A stretch of 64,000 nucleotides of DNA from Mobula hypostoma. Taxonomy: Eukaryota. Positions within the stretch are counted from its first letter, which is position 1. Each line of letters starts with the position of its first letter. A program made the translations under genes and the position numbers. Below are positions 1-11,759 of this stretch, piece by piece. Under the pieces are notes generated by a model. That model did not search any database, was not told the origin of the DNA, and saw nothing but the letters and a program-made list of their open reading frames with translations. The stretch spans positions 255,628,001-255,692,000 of the forward strand of contig NC_086097.1 of the NCBI RefSeq assembly GCF_963921235.1, read 5' to 3'.

Positions 1-188
1 TGGCACCTTACTCCATCAAGTCACAGATCCTATGACCGGTTCTCTCCAGCATCTTCCCTCTTCATCTCCCACTGAACGAAGAATCCAGCTCACATTCCAA
101 AACACCCATTATCTCTAACCATAATCCAAACACTACTTCTACAGAAAGACCATTATGTTAGCAGTGAAAACTTTTCCAGGGTGTTACA
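1..188. mobile_element. Possible LTR end
   Basis: Ends ...GGGTGTTACA (CA terminus). No further support. Confidence 0.3.
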
Positions 189-281
189 CCACTAATAATT
201 TTGCTATACAAAAGGCCAATTCAAGACGTAATATGCTATCGGACTTACAAAGACTGTGCCAGAAAAGTTAATTGATGTTTA

Positions 282-3140
282 GAAACATAGAAACATAGAA
301 AATAGGTGCAGGAGTAGGCCATTCGGCCCTTCAAGCCTGCACCGCCATTTATTATGATCATGGCTGATCATCCAACTCAGAACCCAGCCTTCCCTCCATA
401 GCCCCTGACCCCTGTAGCCACAAGGGCCATATCTAACTCCCTCTTAAACATAGCCAATGAACTGGCCTCAACAGTTTGCTGTGGCAGAGAATTCCACAGA
501 TTCACCACTCTCTGTGTGAAGAAGTTTTTCCTAATCTCGGTCCTAAAAGGCTTCCACTCTATCCTCAAACTGTGACCCCTCGTTCTGGACCTCCCCAACA
601 TCGGGAACAATCTTCCCGCATCTAGCCTGTCCAATCCCTTTAGGATCTTGTACGTTTCAATCAGATCCCCCCTCAATCTTCTAAATTCCAACCAGTACAA
701 GCCCAGTTCACCCAGTCTTTCTTCATATGAAAGACCTGCCATCCCAGGAATCAATCTGGTGAACCTTCTCTGTACTCCCTCTATGGCAAAGATGTCTTTC
801 CTCAGATTAGGAGACCAAAACTGCACACAATACTCCAGGTGTGGTCTCACCAAGGCCTTGTACAACTGCAGTAGTACCTCCCTGCTCCTGTACTCGAATC
901 CTCTCGCTATAAATGCCAGCATACCATTCGCCTTTTTCACCGCCTGCTGTACCTGCATGCCCACTTTCAATGACTGGTGTATAATGACACCCAGGTCTCG
1001 TTGCACCTCCCCTTTTCCTAATCGGCCACCATTCAGATAATAATCTGTTTTCCTATTTTTGCCACCGAAGTGGATAACTTCCCATTTATCCACATTAAAT
1101 TGCATCTGCCATGAGTTTGCCCACTCACCCAACCTATCCAAGTCACCCTGCATCCTCTTAGCATCCTCCTCACTGCTAATACTGCCACCCAGCTTCGTGT
1201 CATCCGCAAACTTGGAGATGCTGCATTTAATTCCCTCATCCAAGTCATTAATATATATTGTAAACAACTGGGGTCCCAGCACTGAGCCTTGCGGTACCCC
1301 ACTAGTCACCGCCTGCCATTCTGAAAAGGTTCCGTTTATTCCCACTCTTTGCTTCCTGTCTGCTAACCAATTCTCCACCCACACCAATACCTTACCCCCA
1401 ATACCGTGTGCTTTAAGTTTGCACACTAATCTCCTGTGTGGGACCTTGTCAAAAGCCTTTTGAAAATCCAAATATACCACATCCACTGGTTCTCCCCTAT
1501 CCACTCTACTAGTTACATCCTCAAAAAATTCTATGAGATTCGTCAGACATGATTTTCCTTTCACAAATCCATGCTGACTTTGTCCGATCATTTCACCGCT
1601 TTCCAAATGTGCTGTTATCACATCCTTGATAACTGACTCCAGCAGTTTCCCACCACCGACGTTAGGCTAACCGGCCTATAATTCCCCGGTTTCTCTCTCC
1701 CTCCTTTTTTAAAAAGTGGGGTTACATTAGCCACCCTCCAATCCTCAGGAACTAGTCCAGAATCTAACGAGTTTTGAAAAATTATCACTAATGCATCCAC
1801 TATTTCTTGGGCTACCTCCTTAAGCACTCTAGGATGCAGACCATCTGGCCCTGGGGATTTATCTGCCTTCAATCCCTTCAATTTACCTAACACCACTTCC
1901 CTACTAACATGTATTTCACTCAGTTCCTCCATCTCACTGGACCCTCTGTCCCTTACTATTTCTGGAAGATTATTTATGTCCTCCTTAGTGAAGACAGAAC
2001 CAAAGTAATTATTCAATTGGTCTGCCATGTCCTTGCTCCCCATAATCAATTCACCTGTTTCTGTCTGCAGGGGACCTACATTTGTCTTTATCAGTCTTTT
2101 CCTTTTTACATATCTATAAAAGCTTTTACAGTCCGCTTTTATGTTCTCTGCCAGTTTTCTCTCATAATCTTTTTTCCCCTTCCTAATTAAGCCCTTTGTC
2201 CTCCTCTGCTGAACTCTGAATTTCTGCCAGTCCTCAGGTGAGCCACTTTCTCTGGCTAATTTGTATGCTACTTCTTTGGAATTGATACTATCCCTAATTT
2301 CTCTTGTCAGCCACGGGTGCACTACCTTCCTTGATTTATTCTTTTGCCAAACTGGGATGAACAATTGTTGTAGTTCATCCATGCAACCTTTAAATGCTTG
2401 CCATTGCATATCCACCGTCAATCCTTTAAGTGTCATTTGCCAGTCTATCTTAGCTAATTCACGTCTCATACCTTCAAAGTTACCCCTCTTTAAGTTCAGA
2501 ACCTTTGTTTCAGAATTAACTATGTCACTCTCCATGTTAATGAAGAATTCCACCAGATTATGGTCACTCTTACCCAAGGGGCCTCTCACGACAAGATCGC
2601 TAATTAACCCTTCCTCATTGCTCAAAACCCAGTCCAGAATAGCCTGCTCTCTAGTCGGTTCCTCGACATGTTGGTTCAAAAAACCATCCCGCATACATTC
2701 CAAGAAATCCTCTTCCTCAGCACCTTTACCAATTTGGTTCACCCAGTCTACATGTAGATTGAAGTCACCCATTATAACTGCTGTTCCTTTATTGCACACA
2801 TTTCTAATTTCCTGTTTAATACCATCTCCGACCTCACTACTACTGTTAGGTGGCCTGTACACAACTCCCACCAGCGTCTTCTGCCCCTTAGTGTTACGCA
2901 GCTCTACCCATATCGATTCCACATCTTCCCGGCTTATGTCCTTCCTTTCTATTGCGTTAATCTCTTTTTTAACCAGCAACGCCACCCCACCTCCCCTTCC
3001 TTCATGTCTATCCCTCCTGAATATTGAATATCCCTGAACGTTGAGCTCCCATCCCTGGTCACCCTGGAGCCATGTCTCTGTGATCCCAACTATATCATAA
3101 TCATTAATAACAATCTGCACTTCCAATTCATCCACCTTAT
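282..3140 (-). mobile_element. Young CR1 LINE (family A), 5'-truncated, near-complete ORF2
   Basis: EN (GITETW, YRPP, GDFN, SDH) at 1618-3135 and RT (YLDFQKAFDKV, VPQGSVLGP, KFADD) at 377-1621. (TTTCTATG)n tail at 282-300. One 1-nt deletion at 1649-1651. Confidence 0.95.
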
Positions 3141-3456
3141 TTACTTACAATCTAACAGGTCGTATTCTGATGCATTAGGGTTAGCACCTAAACTTAACCC
3201 TAACAGCTCTTAATTAAATACTTCAAACAAAAAAAAATCCACAAATTAAAAAAGTGGGATTTGAATTCCTCGTTAAGAGTATTAGTGCACTCACAAAATC
3301 CCTGCAGTTTAACGACATAGTGCAACAGTTGAACATGTGAAAAATTCTTTTACATCTCAGGTGTAAAAGGCCACTTGCTGGAAAACATTAATCCCTTCAA
3401 TTTCAATATAAAATTCTAATATTTTGATTGGAATTTCAGAAAATATGACTCCGTAC

Positions 3457-3588
3457 CTCTTCAGTGGCTGTCCTAATTGGTATGTGTTGCCGGTAGCTGA
3501 CAGGTTTTTTGTTTTCATCAACCTCATAATCCTCTTCATTCATCCACTCATTGAATACATCAGTGTCCAAGATCCATTTGGCATGGAC
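3457..3588 (-). CDS. SMARCC1: SMARCC1 exon 9 (132 nt), [44 protein letters not shown]
   Basis: TTTAG acceptor, GAG|GTACGG donor. [18 protein letters not shown] is family-diagnostic and DEN.KPVS.RQ is SMARCC1-like. Downstream exons lie outside the window. Confidence 0.93.
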
Positions 3589-4129
3589 CTAAACATGGCA
3601 ACTAATTTTAAATGCTTTCAAAAACCAATGAGTTCAACAAAATATCCAAATTGATTTATAAAAACATTACATTTTCAATGGGGGAGCAGGAGGAGAAACA
3701 GAAAATAGAAGAAACATTTGTTTGCATAACCTGGCAGCTTCTCTTCTCCAACTCAGTATCCTCCCTCCCCCCCATCCCCACCTGCCATGATTCTAGTTTC
3801 ATAAATGTTGTTAGTCATAGCAACAACTTCTCCAGTGAGAATTTACTCATTTCCAAAAATTTGCTTACCCTTTAATTGGATTAATCTTCACATTGCTGAA
3901 TTTTCTTAGCCCAGTGCTCTGGCACCAGCTCTGATAATTCACCCACTGACTTGGTCGCACTTGTGCATTATTCAGATTGACACATCACATGTACATACAT
4001 GGAAACATATAGTGAAATGTGTCATTCACATTAACAAGCACACCCAAGGATGTGTTCGGGGCAGCCCGCATACTGATCCACACATACTGATCCTAATATA
4101 CTATGTCCACAAGCAACACCATCACCATA

Positions 4130-5490
4130 AGGCAAGAAATAACCCAGGAAATTACAGACCAGCAAGTCTTACTTCAGTGGTGGGCAAGTTGTTGGAAAAG
4201 ATCCTGAGAGGCAGAATTTATGAGCATTTAGAGACGTAACCTGATTAGGATAGTCAGTACGGCTTTGCTGATGACACAAAAGTTTGGAGTCCTGTGGATA
4301 GTCTGGAGGGTTGTCAAAGGTTACAGCGGGACATTGGTAGGATGCAGAACTGGGCTGAGAAGTGGCAGATGGAGTTCAACCCAGATGTGTGAAGTGGTTC
4401 AGAATATAATATTAATGGTAAGACCATGGACTTTTTACTCTCCTCCCATCCGGTAGGCGCTACAGGAACCTCCACTCCCACACCAGCGGGCACAGGAAGA
4501 GCTTCTTCCCTGAGACTGTGATCCCACTGAACCTCACATCACAGCGCTAAGCAGTATTGCACCCGTATTGTGCTGTCTCAGTACTTCTATATTTATGTGC
4601 TGTAGCACTTACTTTTTATTCGCAGTTATTTTGTAAATAACATTATTCTTTGCATTTCTGATCAGATGCTAACTTCATTTCATTGGTTTTATATCTGTAT
4701 TCAGCACAATGACAATAAATTTGAATTTAATCTAATTGAAATCTTAGCAGTGTGGAGAATCAGTAAGATCTTGGGGTCCGTCTCCATAGGACACTCAAAG
4801 CTGCTGTGCAGGTTGACAGTGAAGGCGGCATAGCAGCACGTTAAGAAGGCATATGGTGCGTTGGCTTTCAATTGTGGGATTGAGTTCAAGAGCCGTGAGA
4901 TAACGTTACAGCTGTACAAGACCTTCATTAGACCCCACTTGGAGTACTGTGTTCAGTTCTGGTCCCCTCACTACAGGAAGGATGTGGATACTATAGATAT
5001 GAGTGCAGAGGATGCTGCCTGGATTGCAAAGCATGCCATATCAGAATAGGTTGAGTGAATTTGGCCTTTTCTCCTCACAGCGGCAGAGGATGAGAGGTGA
5101 CCTGACAGAGGTGTACAAGAAGATGAGAGGCCAATAGCCAGAGGCTTTTCCCCAGGACTGAAATGGCTAACACAAGAGGGCATAGTTTTAAGGTGCTTGG
5201 AAGTAGGTATTGGTGGGGGGGGGGGGGGGCGGAGAGAGAGAGAAGGGATGTCAAAGCAAGTTTCTCACACGGAGTGGTGGGTGCGTGGAATGCACTGCCA
5301 GTGACAGTGGTAGAGGTGGATACAATTGGGTCTTTTAAGAGACTTAGATATGGAGGTATATGGAGTTTAGTAAAATATAGGGCTATATGGTAGGGAAATT
5401 CTAGGCAGTTTCTAGAATAGTTTACATGGTCAGCACAACATTGTGGGCCAAAGGATCTGTAATGTTCTGTAGATTTCTATGTTCTATGTC
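4130..5490 (+). mobile_element. Degenerate CR1 family B, interrupted by a Rex/Babar 3' fragment (about 4425-4740)
   Basis: NYRPASLTSVVGK and RPHLEYCVQFWSP fragments; CR1 tail near 5480. Confidence 0.8.
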
Positions 5491-5850
5491 TGAGCCACAA
5501 CTTCCACAGACATGACAGCTTAACGTCATCTTGACCGGAACACTCTCACTAAACAAGCTACTTCTCCTTGGATATTGGTTGAATGAAGATTGGACAGATG
5601 GTCAGTGTTTGCATTTCAGACAAGCTAATCAACTAAATCTTGGAACCTGATGCTGCCTTCATCTGATGCTCAGGTACTTAAAATGGAATCAAACTGGCTC
5701 CCTCTCCCCAACTCAAGCTAAGCTGAAGTTCAGAAGATAGCTTGTGTGGAGTTTGAAGAGAGAGGGAAAGAGAAATAAAGTGCAGAAAAGATATCCTTGA
5801 TTTTAATTTGAAGCACAATGCAAGCTGCTGATGGATTTACACAAACTTGC

Positions 5851-5926
5851 CTTCCATGGTCGTTCAGGAATTGGTGGCTCTTCAATCTCAGCATCAATTT
5901 CACCGGCTGGTATCCAAGTGTCATAG
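5851..5926 (-). CDS. SMARCC1: SMARCC1 exon 8 (76 nt), YDTWIPAGEIDAEIEEPPIPERPWK; followed by a GC donor
   Basis: CTAG acceptor, donor AAG|GCAAGT. The peptide matches SYDTW...DAEIE.PPIPE.PWK and joins exon 9 in frame. Confidence 0.92.
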
Positions 5927-6835
5927 CTAGTAATTAATAAAACACAAATTAAACCTCAGATATACAGACAAACCACAGGAAATACTAAATACACAGCATA
6001 TCAAGTAGCGAAAGAGAAACAGTAGCATTTCAGATCAGTAACAAGGAAACCCAGGAATATTCAAGCTTATCATACAGGTAAGAAAGGGGATATTAGTACA
6101 GAGGAGGGTTGCACAGAAAGTGATGACAGAAGCAATGGCAGTGTAAGATGAAGTATGATCATTCAACAAAGATGGGAAACAATAGTCAAGAGCATAAAAA
6201 GGAAAAATAATCTGAAATTACTGAGGGGGAAACGGTAAGCAACTGGAAATTAGCAAAAGCCAGAAAGCTTAACTATCAAAATTAGTTAAATTCAATGTCA
6301 AGTACAAAAGATGAATCAGAAAACATGACATGCTTTGAGCTTGCATTGCTCTTCAGCTGATTAGTACAGGATACCTAGAATAAGGGAAATAAAGCAGGGT
6401 TGGGTGGAGAGAGAAAGTGACCGGGAAATTTCCGCTTTAGGAAACTGAAATGAACTCAGGTGATCCGTGTTCAATCTCCCCAGTATAGAGACCACATTGA
6501 GGAAAGCCAATTACATTAGTGAAATACAAATGATTGGTTTATCATTGTCACATACTGAGAGAACACTAACCCTTCTGAACTTGAAAAAGCCAGGTTCAGA
6601 ACTTGAATTAGGAATGACAAAAGAATGTGTGGGTAAGCAATAAAAATCAGAACAACACACAAAATGCTGGAGGAACCTGCAACTCAGGCTGAAACGTCAG
6701 CTGTACTCTTTTCCGAGATGCTGCCTGGCCTGCTGAATTCCCCCAGCATTTTGTGTGCGTTGCTCCAATTTCCGATATCTGCAAATTTTCTTTTGTTTGC
6801 AAAAGAATGACAACCAAGTTTAATATCACTGACAT

Positions 6836-7095
6836 ATAGTGCCTATAAAAAGTATTCACCCCCCCCCCAAGAAGCTTTCATGTTTTATTGTTTAACATTG
6901 AATTAGTGGATTTAATTTGGCTTTTTTTTGACAATGATCAACAGAAAGAGATTCTTTAGTGTCAAAGTGAAACCAGATCTCTACATAGTCATCTAAATTA
7001 ATTAAAATAACTGATTGCTTAAGTATTTACCCCCTTTAATATGAAACACCAAATCATCACTACTGCAGTTCGAAGTCACATATTAGTTAAATTGA
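6836..7095 (+). mobile_element. Tc1-like transposon end (IR/DR type)
   Basis: TA-AGTGCCTATAAAAAGTATTCACCCC with inner direct repeat AAGTATTTACCCCC near 7021. Confidence 0.6.
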
Positions 7096-7895
7096 GACTA
7101 TACCCTCTGCAGTTCAGAAGAATGAGAGGGGATCTTATACAAAATTTTTAAAAGGATAGATAAGATAGAAGTAGGAAAGTTGTTTCCATTGGTAGGTGAG
7201 ACTAGAACTAGGGGAACAAGGTTCAGGGGAGAATATTTAGGATGGAGAAGAGGAGAAACTGTTCTTCCCAGAGAGTGGTGAATCTGTGGAAGGCAGGTAG
7301 ATGGAGCTGAGTTTACGGACAGATCAGCCATGATCTTATTGAATGGTGGGGCAGGCTCGATGGGCTGGATGGCCTACTCCTGCTCCTATTTCTTATGTTC
7401 TTATTACCTCTCAACCACTAAGCGCTTGATGCAAAGGGGATAACTTCACTTGCGCTTTCATTGAACCATTCCTACAACTATGGAATCACTCCAAGGACTC
7501 TCCATCTCATGTTCCTGACATTTGTTGTTTATTATTTATTATTATTTCTTTCTTTTAGCATTTCCAGTGTGCCGTCTTCTACACTCCGGCTGAATGCCCA
7601 AGCTGATGCAGTCTTTCATTGATTCTATTATGGTTATTATTTTATCATCAATTGAGTATGCCCACAAGAAAATTAATCTCAGGGTTTATATGGTGACATA
7701 TATGTACTTTGTAAATAAATTTACTTTGGACTTTGATGATGGCTGTTGACTTTTTGAGGCATCACCTTTTGAAGATGTCGATACTGGGGAGGCTAGTGCC
7801 TATGATGGAGCTGGCTGATCAAACAGCACAAGCATACAGTTCCACTAGTTCACACTCTCCACACACAGCGTTACTACATTCACAGCAGCACACAC

Positions 7896-7965
7896 CTATC
7901 TGGGAACATTCCCCAGTGCACCAGCACCTGCTTGTCTCGTTTCATCACAGGTCTCAACCATTCGT
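7896..7965 (-). CDS. SMARCC1: SMARCC1 exon 7 (70 nt), (D)[22 protein letters not shown](S), chromodomain region
   Basis: TTGCAG acceptor, GTGTGT donor. EWLRPVM...QVLVHWG motif. Confidence 0.93.
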
Positions 7966-8168
7966 CTGCAACAGAAAACAATGAAGGTCAGAAAAGGAAA
8001 CAGACATTGAGCTCAGCAAATTTATTTCCTTTGTTCCAACAGGAACAGCAAACAATTTACTTCTGGAACATATGCACCCAAGTTCACTTATTAACTATTT
8101 CCAGTATTAATATAATCTCCAAATCTATGCCCGGGTGGGAACTCAAGTGCAATCACAATATCTCCTAC

Positions 8169-8238
8169 CTTCATCCAGAGAACTTGGAATAGGATAAATT
8201 AAATGAGAAGCTTTTGATTTTTCTTCTGTTATTGTTCC
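8169..8238 (-). CDS. SMARCC1: SMARCC1 exon 6 (70 nt), GTITEEKSKASHLIYPIPSSLDE
   Basis: TTTAG acceptor, GTAGGA donor. EKSKASH motif; frame fits exon 7. Confidence 0.9.
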
Positions 8239-8439
8239 CTAAATGTGTAAAAGTGTGCAGATATTAGCAGTGTGAACCAATTTCATACAATTCCATATGT
8301 GCATAATACAAAATACACAAGACAGCCCCTTGCCCATATTTTATACACACACTATATAGACAGATAGATAGAGAGAGTCACAATGCACAATTGAAAATGC
8401 TAACATAAAGACTATTCTTCAATTAGATAAAAAATATAC

Positions 8440-8532
8440 CTGGTGTCTCTTAACAGTATCTTTCCATTTACTTGCAAGCTTCTGGTCAAGTTCAGGAGAG
8501 AGGTAGATCGTTGGTCTTGTCAAACAATTATT
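8440..8532 (-). CDS. SMARCC1: SMARCC1 exon 5 (93 nt), [31 protein letters not shown]
   Basis: TTTTTAG acceptor, GTATAT donor, phase 0/0. Matches NNCLTRP...KRHQ. Confidence 0.93.
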
Positions 8533-8778
8533 CTAAAAAAAAATTTACTCAGTGATAAAGGAACTTTTAAAAATTCTGTAGATTTCAAACAGCAAAGTTC
8601 TATAAGCACAGTATCTGCACTGCCATTTAATTATGGAGGAAATCTCCCAGAACTAAATGCAATAGGGGGTGCGTCAAGTTTCTGGCAACCTCACCTCACG
8701 CTGTCTACATGGTAGGATCAAGGTAGGTACTAGGGAAGAATACGGTCATGCATTTTAGTAAAGGAATAAGAGCGTAGG

Positions 8779-9588
8779 AGGCAGAGCTAAGTAGTCATGG
8801 CACCCAACAGCAACTTCTTTCCTTGCATCTTCGAAAACAGTTCTATTTCCATCTCTAATATCTCTATTTTTCCCTTTCAGGGCTCTTTTGAAGACCCTGA
8901 TCTGGAGTTACACGCTGACCACGGATCTTTGCAGGAATGGGACCCGCTCTCGGGGCTCCACAATCAGCCGCTATTCGGCATGCCAGAGGCTTGGCCTAAG
9001 ATTTCGGCACGGATTCAGAAGCCTGAGATCGAGGAACTAGAGACTGGCGGATCAAGGGTCGGTGTCACCACAGGAGACCTGTGTGTCGTTGAGAGAGTTG
9101 GAACATCTGCTGTGTGCCTGGGGACCTGGGATCTTGGTGAACTTTAGGCACAGAGCTCGAGAAAAGCGACGTAACAGACTTTTAACATCGTAAACCAGCA
9201 AGTTGTTTGTTATGTCTCCCTGCTCATTGGAAAATTGAGTCACCTCTTTCTCCCTTATTAGGAGAGAGAGAGCCTGCAGCATGTCAAATTATCAGGTGAA
9301 TAATGTAGTCTTTGGGGTAACTAAAAGTCCGTGTCTTTGCTATTGCTTTGCTCACGCTTGAGTGCTGGTAGTGGGTGCGCTTTATTTTTGCCGGTGGGAG
9401 AAGGGGATTGTTGCTTTGCTGCTGCTTGCTGGAGGGAAAGAGTGGGGGGGACTTTGGAGTTCTAACATTTAACCGTCATTCATTCTTAGGGCACTCCTCT
9501 GTTTTCGTGGATGGCTGCGAAGAAAAAGCATTTCAGGATGTATACTGTATACATTTCTCTGACATTAAATTGCACCTTTGAACCTTTG
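8779..9588 (+). mobile_element. Non-coding retroposon (about 810 bp) inserted into a CR1 fragment
   Basis: CR1 text GGAATAAGAGCGTAG|ACTATTTTCCAAATGG rejoins across it. It ends in (CTTTGAA)n and has no recognisable ORF. Confidence 0.6.
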
Positions 9589-10851
9589 ACTATTTTCCAA
9601 ATGGGGAGAAAACTAAAAACTAAATCACAGGTACAAAATTACCTCCTGCAGGATTCCCTAAAGATTAATTTGCAGGTTCAGTCAAAGATAAGGAAGGCAA
9701 ATGCAATGTTAGCATTCATTTCAAGAGGACTGGAATACAAAAACAAGAATGTGATGCAGAGGCTTTATAAAGGCATTGGTCACACTGCACAGAGTATTGA
9801 GAGCATTTTGGGTCCATATTGTGAGAGGGTTCAGAGAGGTTCAGAAGAATAATCCCAGGAATGAAATGGTTAACATATGAGGAGTGTTTGATGGCTCTGA
9901 TCCTGGACGTGGAGGTAAGAAAGAAAACCTCACTGAAATCTACAGAATGTTGAAAGGCCTAGATAAAGCAGATATAATAGTCTTAAGAGCCTCTTAGATA
10001 GGTACATGGAGCTTAGAAAAATAGAGGGCGATGTACAAGGGAAATTCGAGGCAGAGTCTAGAGCGGCACAACATTGTGGGCCGAAGGGCCTGTAATGGGC
10101 TGTAAATTTCCATGTGGAGAGGACGTTTCCTATAGTTGTTGAGTCTAGGACCAGAGGGCACAGTCTCAGAATAGAGGGATGTTCCTTTAGGGCAGCAATG
10201 AGGGATTTCTTTACCCAGAGGGTCGTGAATCTGTGGAATTTCTTGCCAGTCAGCTTTGGACGCCAGGTCACTGAATGTATTTAAGGCAGAGGCTGACATG
10301 TTCTTGATTCATCAGGATGTCAACGGTTCAAACATGGCCACAAAATACTGAATTCCTGAGAAAACAGATCATTTTCCTCAGTGTTGCATGTGCACGAAAT
10401 CATGTGGTTTTTAAGTGTTTATCATGAGTTTACAAATACTGACTTAACGTCATGCTACCAAAGCATCTCCCATGAATAACATGAGAATAAATTGCCATCC
10501 AAATCAGTACAGAATATTCAGTCAGATGAAAATTGTACCAGAAAAATTTTAAAAACACTGCAGATGCAGCAAAGCTGAAGTAACAGAAAATATCAGAAAT
10601 ATTCAGCTAGTTGGGCTGTGCTTATGAGAAGAGAAACAGGAATTTATGCCCTGATGAAAGGTCACTCCACAAAATGTCATCTGTTTATTCCTCTCCATAG
10701 ATGCTGGCTGACCCAAGTTTCATACGTGTTGCTTTGGGTTTCCAGCATCTGCAGAATCTCATGTTCAAGAGGTTATGTCTTAGTCAGAGACACTTCATTA
10801 GAAAAGCTGTGATTTTCCCACCATTGCAGTCTGACCTACTGACAAACATAC

Positions 10852-10933
10852 CTGCACCAAAGTCTTTTCTATTGTCATAAACATCTCTACATTACGATCC
10901 ATTCTGGATGGATTTTGCAGGTCAAACCGTCTC
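10852..10933 (-). CDS. SMARCC1: SMARCC1 exon 4 (82 nt), [27 protein letters not shown]
   Basis: Poly-T TAG acceptor, GTATGT donor. Near-invariant SMARCC1 peptide. Confidence 0.95.
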
Positions 10934-11759
10934 CTAAAAAAAAAGCAAAATGTGGCATTTATTAATCTCTGAACAGTCTGAAAAATTAAAGTTCAAATCT
11001 CAAAGCACATTATCAAAGTATGTACAAAGTATACAACCTTGAGATTCATCTTTTTGCAGGTAGCCACAAAACAAAGAAATACTATATAACCCATTTATAG
11101 AAAAACTTCTACACAAGACCATCAAACTTGCAAAAGAACAAATCGCAAACAAATAACACAGAATATTAATCAGCAAACTGCAGACTCCCCAAAAATGAGT
11201 CCACAACTAGGAGCGACCAAGGCGGGTGAAGCCAGTCCAAGAGCCAATGGCCACAACCAACAAATCAATCAGTTCAGTGACATGTCAATGGTTGCAGGCC
11301 ACAGCAGCAGATCCAGTTCCATGCCAGAGCAACTCAATCAAATCGCGCAAATAGTGAAGCGTGTTCATCGCTGAGGCCATTAAACATCAAAGCACAGCCA
11401 AAAGTGAATCTGCAGTCATGAGCCGCTAGCGTGATTGAATTTTGCAGTTCAGGACCCAGGACTCCTGTACCTTCTGCCTGCAGCAGCCAAGAGGGAGATC
11501 GATCAAAAGTAGGAACATGGCATTGAAAATCCATTCATTCTCTGTTCTCGGCTCCATTTTAATCTGGCTTGATACATTAAGTGGTGTGGAGTAATGGAGC
11601 TGACCATGAACAAGTGTTCCGCCATTAGGAATAGATGCAGCGTGCACCCCCAGCAACAGCCACTGCTGCACCCCATGCCAAATCCCCCTGATCCTTTAGT
11701 CAACCAAAGAAATACATACTTAAAAGTTGAATACATCCATCACAGTTCAGAAGGAATAG

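Noticed and set aside
3175..3203. Inverted telomere-like TTAGGGTTAG...TAACCCTAA
   Set aside because: Under two repeat units per arm, too short to distinguish from chance or a small MITE remnant.
5960..6530. Possible extra exon or conserved element in intron 7
   Set aside because: Looks like a highly decayed Penelope-like remnant, and exons 7 and 8 already join in frame with no missing residues.
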